Counted from the first letter of the stretch, positions 9,601 through 19,132 are shown. The stretch: 64,000 nucleotides of DNA from Planctomycetota bacterium (GCA_963205185.1 CAUJHZ010000076.1:17157-81156), one strand, 5' to 3'. Translations and numbers: made by a program. Notes: generated from the sequence alone by a model not told the origin.

Positions 9601-11001
9601 GCCAAGCCGGATGCCGTCTCCGCGAGCGGCGTCTTCGATGCGTCGCTCAAGTACACCCGGCCCGCCGGCGCGGAACAGCCGGACTACGTCGTCAATCTCC
9701 GGCCACGCACGCTCGATCTGTCGCTCAGCGGCGAGCGCTTCGAAGTTCGACGGATCGAAGGCGGCGCGATCGTCTCACCCGAAGCCGTGCAGCTGAGCAA
9801 TCTCTTCGGCGCCTACCAGGACGGCCTGATTCATCTCGACGGCGTGGTCAAGCGCGGCAGCGGCATCGATGCATCGCTGCGCCTGAGTGTGTCGTCGCAG
9901 ACGATTACGAACCGCGTGCGCGTGCTCCTGCCGCGCGCCGCCAATCAGCTCATCGACGCTATCGATCTGCAGGTCGGCCAGAGCGTCGAACTCAGCGACG
10001 CCGAAATCCGCTACACGCGCCAGCCGCAACAGGATGCCCAGCAGGCTCCTCTTGAGTCGCTCTCTTTCGACGGGCTGCTCAACGTGCGCGACGCTTCGGC
10101 AAACCTCTCGATTCCGATCACCGAACTTGACGGCTCGCTTCATCTGAAGGTGCAGCGCCGTTCGGATGAACCCTGGCTGCACGGCGAAGTGTCGATGACT
10201 GTGCCGCGCATGCTCGTGCTCGGGCGGCTCGTCACCGGCGTCCGCGCTGATCTGCTTGCGGGCGCCGAGCCGGGCGTCATCGAGATGCCGCGGCTGACTG
10301 GCGACTGCTACGGCGGGCGCCTCTCGGCGGAGGGCTGGCTGCGCGTGCCGTGGAAGGGCGAGCCCGGCCAGTATGAACTGAACCTGGCCCTGGCGCAGGT
10401 CGCCGTAGCGCCGGTGTTGCGCCGGTACCCGACCGCCTCGGTTGAGGCCAGTGGCGACGGCAGCCCACCGCGCCCGCCGTCGGCGCGCCCCGGCCGGCTC
10501 GAGGCCAGCCTCTCCATCGCGGGCCAGTTCGGCGAGGCGCGGTCGCGCATCGGCCGCGGCGTCATCCGCGTGCGGGATGCGGAGCTGTACGATGTGCCGC
10601 TGGCCATGTGGGCCCTGCAACTCAGCGCGCTGACGCTGCCGGTGTCCACGAGCTTTCGCGAGGCTGAAATCAACTGCTTCGTCGAAGGAGATGAGGTGAT
10701 CTTCGAGCGTCTCGTGCTCGATTCGCCTTCCATGTCGCTCGTGGGGCGCGGCGTTCTGAATTACGAAACCAAAGCCCTGGACATGCGATTCAACACGTCG
10801 TCCAAACTGCGCGCCCCACTGCTCACGCCGCTGTGGGAAGCCCTGCGCGATCTGTTCATGAGCATCCACGTCACCGGCACGCTCGAACGCCCTCACGCCC
10901 GGCTTGAAGCGCACGCCGACCGGGCCGTTTCCGTGGCCCGGCCCGCCGGCGCCGCCTCCGCGCGGGAGGGCACGGCGATCATCAGGCCCCGGCCGGAGTG
11001 A
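6634..11001 (+). CDS. AsmA-like (TamB/YhdP superfamily) large envelope protein, 1455 aa
   Basis: N-terminal basic stretch plus TM anchor; long beta-rich amphipathic body; AsmA-type C-terminus (EGDEVIFERLVLDSPSMSLVGRG). ATGA overlap with the upstream stop. Confidence 0.75.
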   Translation: MTDKRAQTARPAKPPRRLRRWLKRLVIVLLSLGVLALIAWQALTSSWFLAPRIESMLSSLIGGKVTIGTAELDLHGHLHLTDVRLLVPSIKGPAGELVHVPDVSMNLDRDELLAGRFTVQGLTIDDALLRLSEDLDSGRFNVGGLSMPAPTGASPTMVWPRVELRSGVVQIGEHRDGRFYPSGELRVNGSLKPEKAPRGSTLPEWCSFDLEEIPVEGLSSRSAMQIAGRFNIATTEGSCILSGVTFEPERAKLLPRVARQWWNAIDPSGSLEPIAFQLDADGRYEVEIAMDGIDWSLPVPSFDPQRDTNAPRMTDVHGSVVIHDGIVDLIGLSGAIDGVRYGLAGSFASVDRSPGFDLTFEVERFDLSRNMNLLTALPISVRRLVDNQLIQLGGPTGLLDAHVTLTRAPAGEADASGAEAARPVRASGRVELLNAEGSYSAFPYPLTGLNGAVEFDDDEIRVVALAGRGPSGGQIFVSGTIAPPLNDPLVNVELYAINVPVDDHLRSALGERRGGALDEFFNEEWARRLHDDELFLQTDDVQQLSDEVMTLMREFRELSGPEGQPLNAASSQRQDEIRARMATIEQVLKRPTFELGGRINIRSTVRRDRGPGEPTRVSNLISLSDPSAPLGIVYDEFPYPVHLISGEILIGYDRIEVIKDLVVEGLSGARGVISGYVDRVRVPERRQEPHLSIRAEHLPIDAYLLRAIPDADWNNVDPASTALLSKGARVVAGLRLAGHLSAEGTITTDERGKAAFDIKVSAADTASLGADERMPYESELEWTWPTSLPLSQVHANLTVHRRSVEINEFSGVSDAQRFSADGTVDWSSGQAAIKLHVDAENIDLKPHLIDLASAIGRRGGVQEMQQFWDRFQPRGTADAALTYTQASDGATGFDLRLVPRTGSVLISEHRVEIDNPIGSLHFVPGSVTFDALRADATSGGVNAGHIALDGSLAWGPKLATDLDAQIEGGRLEAPVYGMISEGVSRLFAGAKPDAVSASGVFDASLKYTRPAGAEQPDYVVNLRPRTLDLSLSGERFEVRRIEGGAIVSPEAVQLSNLFGAYQDGLIHLDGVVKRGSGIDASLRLSVSSQTITNRVRVLLPRAANQLIDAIDLQVGQSVELSDAEIRYTRQPQQDAQQAPLESLSFDGLLNVRDASANLSIPITELDGSLHLKVQRRSDEPWLHGEVSMTVPRMLVLGRLVTGVRADLLAGAEPGVIEMPRLTGDCYGGRLSAEGWLRVPWKGEPGQYELNLALAQVAVAPVLRRYPTASVEASGDGSPPRPPSARPGRLEASLSIAGQFGEARSRIGRGVIRVRDAELYDVPLAMWALQLSALTLPVSTSFREAEINCFVEGDEVIFERLVLDSPSMSLVGRGVLNYETKALDMRFNTSSKLRAPLLTPLWEALRDLFMSIHVTGTLERPHARLEAHADRAVSVARPAGAASAREGTAIIRPRPE

Positions 11002-11011
11002 AGACGCTCAG

Positions 11012-11060
11012 AAAAGGACGAACCGCGCCGACGTCCGGATGAGCGAGCGGCGCGGTCGTC
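11012..11060 (-). terminator. Candidate intrinsic terminator of the pilin operon (possibly bidirectional)
   Basis: Inverted repeat gacgaaccgcgccg (11017-11030) / cggcgcggtcgtc (11048-11060), followed by CTTTT on the minus strand, between convergent genes. Confidence 0.5.
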
Positions 11061-11088
11061 TGAAATGTTCAGTGATTCAGCGCTGCGA

Positions 11089-14000
11089 TTAGCGCGAAGG
11101 CACCTCCTGGGCGGCGAAGAGCACGCGCGGCCGATCCGACGGACTCTTCACACTCGACCGGTCGAACACCACGACGTAGCGCTGCTCCATCGACGCCTGC
11201 AGACGCGTCAACTTCTGGACCGTGCTGCCGCCGGGTGCATCCGCCCGCTGAATGTCATCAGGCGTGAAGCCCACGAGCGTGATGTAGGCGATGAACACGT
11301 CGCTGCGCGTCGAGACGCTGTTGCGAATCGCACGAATCAACGCGAGGTGCTCGGTCGGGTCGTCGGTGGGGTCGAAATCAGTTTCCCAGTTCGTATCTAC
11401 ACTTAGTCCATTAGGATTGAGTGGAGCGTAGGTGAGATTGGCAGAGTCAAACCCGGTGAGGTGTGGAGACTCGTACCCGTTGGCGCCAAAGAAGCCGCTG
11501 TCAACATCGAACGATGGCCCTCCATTGGTTGGCAACCACTTCGATGCAGTAACCAACTCGCCAAGCGACGTAAAGCCCGGAACATGACCAGCAACGTTTC
11601 GTGATGCCGCGTCATCGCGAAGTCCCGAACTACCTCCAATTGTCAGGCCGCTGACGGAGGATCTCGGGCCACCGCTCCAGTCCAGCACGAGGTTTGCGTT
11701 GAAGGTTCTGTCACGATATGCGATCAAAGATTCCGCCATTCGAACGCGCGGATCATCTCCGGGAACGGGCCCCGCGTTGAACCGCGGATCAAGATACGGC
11801 AGGGCCTCGAGTACGCGCAGCGGGGCCGTGTTGATGTTGATGCGCCCCTGCGCCAGCGGCACGTTGGGATCGACCGAAACGGTGTCGAACGCATCGACGA
11901 TGCGCGTCGCCAGCGGCACCGCGCTGGTGGGCATGGCGAAGTTGCCGCTGCGGGGAATGAATCGCGTGAAGTCGAGACGGCCGACAAAGCGGTTTGCGGC
12001 GCCGTTGGAATGCTGGCGGAAGTCGGCGGGATAGCCGATCGCCCCGCCCGTCGGCGTGGCCGGACGAATGATGTCCGCCAGCACCGCCGCGTTGGCTACG
12101 CCGGCGTTGCTCAGTTCCTGCACCATGCGGCCGCGCAGCGATTCATCGCCGAGCAGTTCGCTCGCGGTGATGTAGAAGTGCTTGTCGGCAAAGTTGGGAT
12201 CGCTGCCGGGCACCTGCTGGCAGTGAATCGTGCCGACCGAGGAGAGCAGAAGCAGATCGACCGAAGAGCGGAAGTTCTCGTCGGTCTCATCGGTGTTGCC
12301 TTGCAGATCGCCGACGATGAGTTCAAAGGGCGCGAACGTGGGAGCTGCCGCATAGCCCTTTGCATCGCTTGAGTCGTTGATGAACTCACCAGGGCTGCCA
12401 AGTCCCGCGCCGATCAACCCGGCCGGAATCGTGCTTCCGCCGAACGGATCATCTTGGCGCGCATCCTTGGACCCTCTGCCGTTGGTGGCGATTCCTACGG
12501 GAGACTGGAAGACGTATCCGGGCATGCTGTTGCCGCTGGCGCCCTTGTCGCTGTAGCGCCGGATCGAGCCAACACGAACCGTGAATTCAGACTCGCCGGG
12601 AATGTGAGCAGGGTTGGAGACGAGTTCGCCGCTCAGCGGAATGATGTTTGGAAAATCGTCGTTCGACGTCGCCGGACGAATGCGGTCAATCAGCACATCC
12701 ACCGGCGTTCCCGGCGAGCCGTAGGAGGATGTCCGCCAGAGCGTCACATCATCAAAAGTCGTGGCGCCATTCGAGAATTCGAGGTGCGTACTGTCGTTGC
12801 CAATTCGCTGTACCGGCCAGCCGCGCCGACCATTGACTGCGGCGACCCAATCGCCCACGCCGTTTGACTGTCCCGCCGGGTTATCCTGGGCGATATACAG
12901 GATGACGCCTTCACCGGGCTGGATGTCGGGCGTGCCTGCGGGAATGGTCCAGACGTTGAGCGGATCGTCCCCGTACTTGATCTTGAATCCGCTTGAAATG
13001 CTGATGGGCTGCGGCCAGGGGTTGCCGAGTTCGATCGCGAGCAGCCGCACCATCCATTCGCCCGCGTTCCCCTCGGTCGGATCGTAATTCCAGAACTCGT
13101 TGTTATCGATATTGCCGTAGACGTTCACCGACGACACTTCGCGAATAAACGGCTGGCGCTCGATGCCCATCATGGTGATGGTGGCGCCGCGCTGGTTGCC
13201 GCTGGGGCCGGGCAGTGAAGTCGGAATCTTGCCGTGCTCGAACGTGCCGATGATCTCCTTGCCCTGGCGATCGGTGCCCTGGATCGAGTAGTCGCGATCC
13301 ATGACCAGCGTGCGTACGGTCGGCGCGCTGTTCTGGTCGTAGGTGTCCATGGCGTTGAGCGCGAGTTGCACCGACTTGAAGAAGGCGTAGCCGGCGTCGC
13401 CGTCGCCGTAGTGCAGTTGCTCGTTGGGATTGGCGGGCGCCCAGACGACGGGCGAGTTGAAGAGGTTGTAGCCGCTGTCATTGCCGCTGCCATCGCGCAT
13501 GCCGACATCCACGGCGTAGGGCGCCAGGGCCCACATGAATGCGCCGGTGAGCGACTGCGCCGTCGAGACGCTGTTGGATTCGAGCAGCGCGTTGAGATTG
13601 ATCGCCGATGAAGGCGAATCGGACTCGGCATAGCCGCGGTTCCACGGCCGCACCGGCCTGCTGCCGTTGTAGGTCGTCAGCAGATGGCGGTAGTCTCGTT
13701 GAATCGTCGGTAGAGTCGGGCTGCCTGCCGAATAATCCACCTTCTCCAGTAGATCGACGTTACTGTTCGGTCCCAGGTACATCCTGCTGCGGAGCGGGCT
13801 GAACCAGCTTCGATAGTCATTTGGATCAAAATTCAGACCGTCGAAAGCGCTCTCCAAGCGTGAAACCGCGCGATCGTTCCCGATGAACATAAAGGTGCGC
13901 AGTTCCATCTCATCGGCCACGCCATAGGGCGAAAAACTGCCGCCCGGCCGGTACGGGTTTCGCGCGTAGGACGTCCAGAACGCCTCGCGCTGCTCGCGTG

Positions 14001-15084
14001 TGGATCGCTTGAGCGCCGAATACGTCTGCGTGCCGAGAATGCCCGACTGGATCCCCGTGTCGAAGAGGTGCTTCTTGAATCCGGGCCGGCCGCTCGTAGC
14101 GCCGCCGATAAACGCGTCGTCATTGTTCGGTCCGTTCCAGTCCTGGAAGGCGTCGAACAGCAGCGTGTAGAGGTCAACGTCAGCAGGCGTACGGCCGAGG
14201 CTGACGGCGTCGGTGAATTCATCGGGGCTGGTCGCGCCCATTTCAAAGTTGGCGTTGAGATTGAGCATCGCCGACGCATCGACGATCCGGAACGCGCCGA
14301 AGATGCGCATTTCCTTGGGCAGGCCCCACACATCTGGCAGTTCGGTCCAGCGGGCGTCGATGCGGCCGTCGCCGTCGGTGTCGGTCCCGAGCATGCGGTC
14401 GGCCCAGGTGACGATCGAATCATCCGCTTCGCCGAGGTACTGGCGGCCCATCTGCACGGAATAGTCGAAGGGGTCGGCGCGATTCGCGTTGGTGTAGGTG
14501 TCGAGGCTGTAGGGAGTGGAGTTGCTGCCGCCGATGTAGAGATCGGCGTAGAAGCCGCTGTTGTTCCCCAGGCCTCGCGCGCCGTCGAAGAATCCGGCGA
14601 GTGACACGAAGCGCCCCTGAGGATGCACGTTGGAAATATGCCGCCAGATGTCCCAGATCCCATCGCCGTCGATATCGACAGGTTCAAGATCAGCCAGCCA
14701 CGGATCGGCGAGCACGTTGAACTGCGAGGAATTGCCCGGGCGGGTGTAGGGATAGTCCCAGAGTTCACCAAGGTACAGCTTCTGGAAACCGAGGTTGTCC
14801 GTCAGATCTTCAAAGGGGCGCTTCGCTGCGGGATCGTTACCAAACGGGTCGTACGCGAGAATCTGGCCGACGTAATCGACGGCCTTGGCCGCGACGGCGT
14901 CGCGATGGCTCTTCATCTCGCTCGCCGAGGCCGCGAGTCGCTCCTGCTGGCCGACGCCGACGTACACCGCGGCCGAGATGGCCAGGAGCACGAGTACGCC
15001 GACCACGAGGATGAGCACGCTGCCGCGCCGACTCGAAGCCGGCCTGGCGCGATGCCTGCTGCTGTTGTTGAATCGCCCGTGCAT
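11089..15084 (-). CDS. Giant GspK/PilX-like minor (pseudo)pilin, 1331 aa
   Basis: Leader ...SSRRG|SVLILVVGVLVLL without Glu5; GspK-like motifs RIVDASAMLNLN, GRININTAPLRVLEALP, FTSLGEL, STRSDVF; AGGAGA SD before ATG 15084; last gene of the pilin run. Confidence 0.78.
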   Translation of the reverse strand: MHGRFNNSSRHRARPASSRRGSVLILVVGVLVLLAISAAVYVGVGQQERLAASASEMKSHRDAVAAKAVDYVGQILAYDPFGNDPAAKRPFEDLTDNLGFQKLYLGELWDYPYTRPGNSSQFNVLADPWLADLEPVDIDGDGIWDIWRHISNVHPQGRFVSLAGFFDGARGLGNNSGFYADLYIGGSNSTPYSLDTYTNANRADPFDYSVQMGRQYLGEADDSIVTWADRMLGTDTDGDGRIDARWTELPDVWGLPKEMRIFGAFRIVDASAMLNLNANFEMGATSPDEFTDAVSLGRTPADVDLYTLLFDAFQDWNGPNNDDAFIGGATSGRPGFKKHLFDTGIQSGILGTQTYSALKRSTREQREAFWTSYARNPYRPGGSFSPYGVADEMELRTFMFIGNDRAVSRLESAFDGLNFDPNDYRSWFSPLRSRMYLGPNSNVDLLEKVDYSAGSPTLPTIQRDYRHLLTTYNGSRPVRPWNRGYAESDSPSSAINLNALLESNSVSTAQSLTGAFMWALAPYAVDVGMRDGSGNDSGYNLFNSPVVWAPANPNEQLHYGDGDAGYAFFKSVQLALNAMDTYDQNSAPTVRTLVMDRDYSIQGTDRQGKEIIGTFEHGKIPTSLPGPSGNQRGATITMMGIERQPFIREVSSVNVYGNIDNNEFWNYDPTEGNAGEWMVRLLAIELGNPWPQPISISSGFKIKYGDDPLNVWTIPAGTPDIQPGEGVILYIAQDNPAGQSNGVGDWVAAVNGRRGWPVQRIGNDSTHLEFSNGATTFDDVTLWRTSSYGSPGTPVDVLIDRIRPATSNDDFPNIIPLSGELVSNPAHIPGESEFTVRVGSIRRYSDKGASGNSMPGYVFQSPVGIATNGRGSKDARQDDPFGGSTIPAGLIGAGLGSPGEFINDSSDAKGYAAAPTFAPFELIVGDLQGNTDETDENFRSSVDLLLLSSVGTIHCQQVPGSDPNFADKHFYITASELLGDESLRGRMVQELSNAGVANAAVLADIIRPATPTGGAIGYPADFRQHSNGAANRFVGRLDFTRFIPRSGNFAMPTSAVPLATRIVDAFDTVSVDPNVPLAQGRININTAPLRVLEALPYLDPRFNAGPVPGDDPRVRMAESLIAYRDRTFNANLVLDWSGGPRSSVSGLTIGGSSGLRDDAASRNVAGHVPGFTSLGELVTASKWLPTNGGPSFDVDSGFFGANGYESPHLTGFDSANLTYAPLNPNGLSVDTNWETDFDPTDDPTEHLALIRAIRNSVSTRSDVFIAYITLVGFTPDDIQRADAPGGSTVQKLTRLQASMEQRYVVVFDRSSVKSPSDRPRVLFAAQEVPSR

Positions 15085-15140
15085 GATCAATCTCCTGTGC
15101 TGCTCAGGTCCTGGCGCGTTGCCGCGCGGTGTGCGTCGCC

Positions 15141-16769
15141 TCAACTGCCCAGGGAATCGGGCGAACCGGGCAGGTTGAAGACGAATTCAAACTGGCGACC
15201 ACCCTGGATGCGGCCCTGCGGATCGTGGAGTGTGGCGCGAATGCGGATGAGCTTGGGCCACGGCCAGGCGGCGCTGCGGCTCTCATCGTTGTCGCGCGGC
15301 ACGAACGCACCAAAGACCGCGTAATACAGGTCATCGTTCTGCGCTTCCACGTTCGGCACCGTCGTAAACGAATCGGAGATGCCCGAACTCGGAGGCAGCG
15401 CTTCGGTCATGAACCACGTCCGCGCATCGGCAGGCGTCTGCTCGGCTACGTCCTGGTTCGTCTTGCCGGGGTGGAACGCGTACGGGTTGGCCGGATTGGT
15501 AATGTCGTACCAGACAAGTTCGCCCTCGGGGTAGTTCACCTGCCCCGTGCTCCAGGCCACTTCGAAGTTGCTGCAGCCCTGCATCAGCGTCGCGTGCGTG
15601 AGCATCTGGTCCGACCTGCTCGTCGAAGGCACGGCGGACTCGACGCGGATGCGACCGGTCGAGTACATCATCCGGTAGCGCTGCTGGCGCGCCCAGCGCT
15701 CGTTGACTGCGTCCAGTTGGGTGCGATCGAGCTGGTCGGAGATGTAGTTCGGCGGGGCGTCAACGATGGCCATGTCCTGCCGCCAGTCCAGCCCGCCCAG
15801 CGAGCCCGTGAGCCCCGGCAGAACGATGTCGAGCGGATCGGGCACTTGCTCGAGCAGGCCGGTCTGCCGATCGCGCAGCCAGCCGTACTCCGTCACGCCG
15901 GACATGACGTCCTGCAGCGACATGTCGATGATGTCCACGTAGCCGGCCGAGAGGCGCCGCCTGGGGTCGCCGGCGTTGAGCGGACAGGGGTAGAAGTACT
16001 GGTTGTCGAACCAGTACGGATCGACTTCGTTGTAAATCTCGATGGGGCTGAGCGCGAAGTTGAGTTCCAGTTCGTCCGTGGGATTGTCACATCCGGCCTG
16101 GGCGCGGGTGTAGAGCAGGGCCGGCTGGCGGGCGAGGATCCAGTCCTTGACGTACCGGTTGGCGGTGTCGGCCCCGCCCACGCCGCCGGCTGTGCGGTCC
16201 TGGCCGAAGTAGGCGTTGTAACCGTTGAGCCCGGTGCCGATCTTGATGCCGTCTACGCTGTCATTGACATTGGGATCGCGCAGTCCGTGCCCCCACCACA
16301 CGCGGGCGACGGCGGAGGCTTCGTTGCGCGCGATGATGTTCTGCTGGCCGAAAGTGGGATTCCGATATTGATAACTCGCCTCGTTGCCGCCGGTGAAGAA
16401 GACGATCTGATCCAGCCGGCGCGTGCCCAGGTCGTGCCCGGCCTGCTCTTCATCCTGGTCGAAGTAGATGCCGCGCCGCCTGTTGAAACGCGTGCGCACG
16501 TCGTTGCCGCTGCCGAGCCGCTCGTTGCGGATGACCATGTACGCCTGGCCGTTGCGGATGATCGAGCCGAAGTCGTTGCGCAAAAGTCGCTCGAGCGTGC
16601 GACCGTATTGCGTCAACTGGGCCGACGCCTCGCCGGTGGAAATGGTGGTGCGCGTCGTGGTGAAGATGCGCCCGACGCCCACGATGAGCAGCAGCGCCAC
16701 GCCGACGGCCACGATGAGTTCGGCGATGGTGAAACCGCGACGCAATCGCGGCGCGAATGGATGATGCAT
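15141..16769 (-). CDS. Prepilin-type minor pilin (GspJ/PilW position), 542 aa
   Basis: RRG|FTIAELIVAV class III signal; 'QLTQYGRTLERLLRNDF' J-like helix; C-terminal WPKLIRIRATLHD. Confidence 0.8.
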   Translation of the reverse strand: MHHPFAPRLRRGFTIAELIVAVGVALLLIVGVGRIFTTTRTTISTGEASAQLTQYGRTLERLLRNDFGSIIRNGQAYMVIRNERLGSGNDVRTRFNRRRGIYFDQDEEQAGHDLGTRRLDQIVFFTGGNEASYQYRNPTFGQQNIIARNEASAVARVWWGHGLRDPNVNDSVDGIKIGTGLNGYNAYFGQDRTAGGVGGADTANRYVKDWILARQPALLYTRAQAGCDNPTDELELNFALSPIEIYNEVDPYWFDNQYFYPCPLNAGDPRRRLSAGYVDIIDMSLQDVMSGVTEYGWLRDRQTGLLEQVPDPLDIVLPGLTGSLGGLDWRQDMAIVDAPPNYISDQLDRTQLDAVNERWARQQRYRMMYSTGRIRVESAVPSTSRSDQMLTHATLMQGCSNFEVAWSTGQVNYPEGELVWYDITNPANPYAFHPGKTNQDVAEQTPADARTWFMTEALPPSSGISDSFTTVPNVEAQNDDLYYAVFGAFVPRDNDESRSAAWPWPKLIRIRATLHDPQGRIQGGRQFEFVFNLPGSPDSLGS

Positions 16770-16780
16770 GGCGGCCCTTC

Positions 16781-18058
16781 TCACAATTGCACCTGCCGGG
16801 TCGTGGCCAGCAGCGGACGGATGCGCCACACGCCGATCTCCTGCCCCTGCGTGCTGAAGGCCTTGATCGTCGTGGGCATGTACCAGAACTCCACGTTGCC
16901 GGTCATCGGTTCGGCCACGCCGTCCGGACGCACGCGCATCGGCGGGCCTTCGAGTTCAAACCAGGGCGACCCACCCGTACTCGGTATCGACCGGCGCACG
17001 CGCAGCACGCTGGTGCCGTCGATGGGCAGCAGCCACGAGCCGGCTTCGAGTTGCTGGGCCATCCCGGTGCCGCGCGTCTGCAGTTCATACCTGCCTTCGC
17101 GGCTGTTGTAGACCACCGACGCAAAATCCCGCCGCAGCATGCCCGACTGTTCGTTGTTGGAGATGCTCCACCGGCCGGGAATCTCCGGCTCAAACGGTGC
17201 GTTCAGGCCGTCGAAGCGATAGACAAACGTGGTGTACTGCATCTGCCCGTCCGCGCTGCGGCGAAACGCCATGTCCCATGCATAGCGCGGCGAGGCGGTC
17301 GGATAGGTGCGATCCGGGTGCGAGACGATGCGGTCGTTGAGCCACCGGTACTCGACCGTTACCTGCTTCACGACTTCGTTCACGCCGAGATTGAAGTAAA
17401 ACTGGATGCGTCCGGTGAGGAAGTTGATCCGGTTGGGCCCCTGCTGGCCCTGCAGCCAGCCGCGCGCATTCTCGCCTTCGATGAACTGCGGATTGGTCGG
17501 CGCAGACGGGTCGGGAACGAGTGTGAAGTACTGGTCAATCGGCACGCCGGATCGCTGATAAATGACCCGCACGAGAAGGTCGCCCGGCTCGCCGTCGTTG
17601 GCGATGGGCCGATACGGCAACTGCACGTCATGCTCGTGATGCACGCCCGGGCTGCCCGTTCCGATCTCGAACGTCGCGTCCTCGCGCAGCCGCAGATCCG
17701 GGAACGGAGGCCGCCACGGGGTCTGGAGATAGAAGTTGTCATCGCGTCCTTCGGCGGCGTTGATGCGGTACCACGACGAGCCGAGTTGCCCGATGATCGC
17801 CTCGTCGTTGAGCCGCTCGCGCAGCGCCGGCAGGCGCGTCGCCAGCACGCTGTCCGCCGTCGCGCTGATCGAGACCGCCGTGGTGAGATCGTTGGCCGAC
17901 TGCTGCTGGCTGATGACGGCGGGAAACACCGCGGCCAGGCCAATCAGCCCGATGGCGAGAATGATCGCGGAGATCAGTACTTCGACGAGCGTGAAGCCGC
18001 GAGCGCTGCGCCGGCGAAAACCGGATGATTCAGAATGTCGATTCGGATCCCTGTGCAT
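16781..18058 (-). CDS. Prepilin-type minor pilin (GspI/PilV position), 425 aa
   Basis: ARG|FTLVEVLISAIILAIGLIGL, a PilV-like N-terminus. Confidence 0.8.
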   Translation of the reverse strand: MHRDPNRHSESSGFRRRSARGFTLVEVLISAIILAIGLIGLAAVFPAVISQQQSANDLTTAVSISATADSVLATRLPALRERLNDEAIIGQLGSSWYRINAAEGRDDNFYLQTPWRPPFPDLRLREDATFEIGTGSPGVHHEHDVQLPYRPIANDGEPGDLLVRVIYQRSGVPIDQYFTLVPDPSAPTNPQFIEGENARGWLQGQQGPNRINFLTGRIQFYFNLGVNEVVKQVTVEYRWLNDRIVSHPDRTYPTASPRYAWDMAFRRSADGQMQYTTFVYRFDGLNAPFEPEIPGRWSISNNEQSGMLRRDFASVVYNSREGRYELQTRGTGMAQQLEAGSWLLPIDGTSVLRVRRSIPSTGGSPWFELEGPPMRVRPDGVAEPMTGNVEFWYMPTTIKAFSTQGQEIGVWRIRPLLATTRQVQL

Positions 18059-18061
18059 GGA

Positions 18062-19087
18062 TCACCTCTTGATGTCGCGCATGAGTTCGCCGGTGAACCG
18101 GTTGAACGAGATCGGGCTGGCGTTGAGTTCGATCCAGTCGTTGATTTCAAACTGGTCGTCAGTCTGATTTTCGTTCGCGTCCTTGAAGTCGCCACTGGTC
18201 GGCATATTCGCGCCAACAACCATCCACGGCTCGCGAAGCCCGATCGCATCCCCCATTTCGAAGAGATCGACTACTGCGAGCATCGGCACGCAGCGCAGCT
18301 GGTATTCCGCGTGCACCGACTTCTCGCGCGCGTTGTTGAAGTTGCCCGTCGTCACCTTGGGCTTCCAGATGCGGTATTCGGTGCTGTCGGGTTCATCGAG
18401 GTCGAGGAACGAATTACCGCCGTTGGCCAGGCTGCCGAGTTCTTCAGCGTTGGACACTACCGAACCGTCGGGACTGAAGCGGATGATGAACGTGTCGAGC
18501 AGTTGAACGTCGCCGTCGCTCGGCTCGTCAGACCCGGCCATGACGCGCACGTCGGTGCGCGGGAAGAGCCAGGGATCCTTATCCGTGCCGCCGGAATAGG
18601 GAAACATGGTCCCGAGGTCTTCATACCAGTTCCAGTAATCGACGTTGTTATTCTGATCTCGCGATGCGCCGTAGCCGTAGCCGAAGACGCCGGCGCCGCG
18701 CGGCAGGTCCACGGGCGCCTGGCCCTTGATCGCCACGAACACGGTCGCGGCGTCCATGCGGTTGCTCAGGCGATCGGCGTCGTACACCGTCGCCTCCGCC
18801 CGCAGCACTTCCATCGAGCACACCTGGCGCACCGTGTCGAAGCGGAACATCACCGCCACGTCGCGGCCTTCGCGTACCGCCTGCGAACGCGCGTTGTTGA
18901 GCGTCGTGGTCACGGCGTTGATGGCGCCCGAGAGGCGGCCGGACTTCTGGATCGATCGGAACGCCGGCAGCGTCGTCACCACCAGCACCAGCATCACGCC
19001 CATCACCACGAGCAATTCGACGAGCGTGAACGCCCGCCGCACTGAGGCGGCGCGCTTCGTTTCGTGGTTGTGGGTCGTGATCTGCAT
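18062..19087 (-). CDS. Prepilin-type minor pilin (GspH/FimT position), 341 aa
   Basis: RRA|FTLVELLVVM; 'TTTLNNARSQAV...RDVAVMF' and C-terminal 'ISFNRFTG' are FimT/GspH-like. Confidence 0.82.
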   Translation of the reverse strand: MQITTHNHETKRAASVRRAFTLVELLVVMGVMLVLVVTTLPAFRSIQKSGRLSGAINAVTTTLNNARSQAVREGRDVAVMFRFDTVRQVCSMEVLRAEATVYDADRLSNRMDAATVFVAIKGQAPVDLPRGAGVFGYGYGASRDQNNNVDYWNWYEDLGTMFPYSGGTDKDPWLFPRTDVRVMAGSDEPSDGDVQLLDTFIIRFSPDGSVVSNAEELGSLANGGNSFLDLDEPDSTEYRIWKPKVTTGNFNNAREKSVHAEYQLRCVPMLAVVDLFEMGDAIGLREPWMVVGANMPTSGDFKDANENQTDDQFEINDWIELNASPISFNRFTGELMRDIKR

Positions 19088-19132
19088 ATCCCAATCCTCA
19101 CTGGCCTTGCGGGCGCCGATGTCCTGCTGCGC

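Noticed and set aside
11380-11770. Diversity-generating retroelement variable region as explanation for the atypical 3' block of the giant pilin
   Set aside because: No template repeat or reverse transcriptase in the window, and the atypical codon usage extends over several blocks; kept only as unexplained mosaicism.
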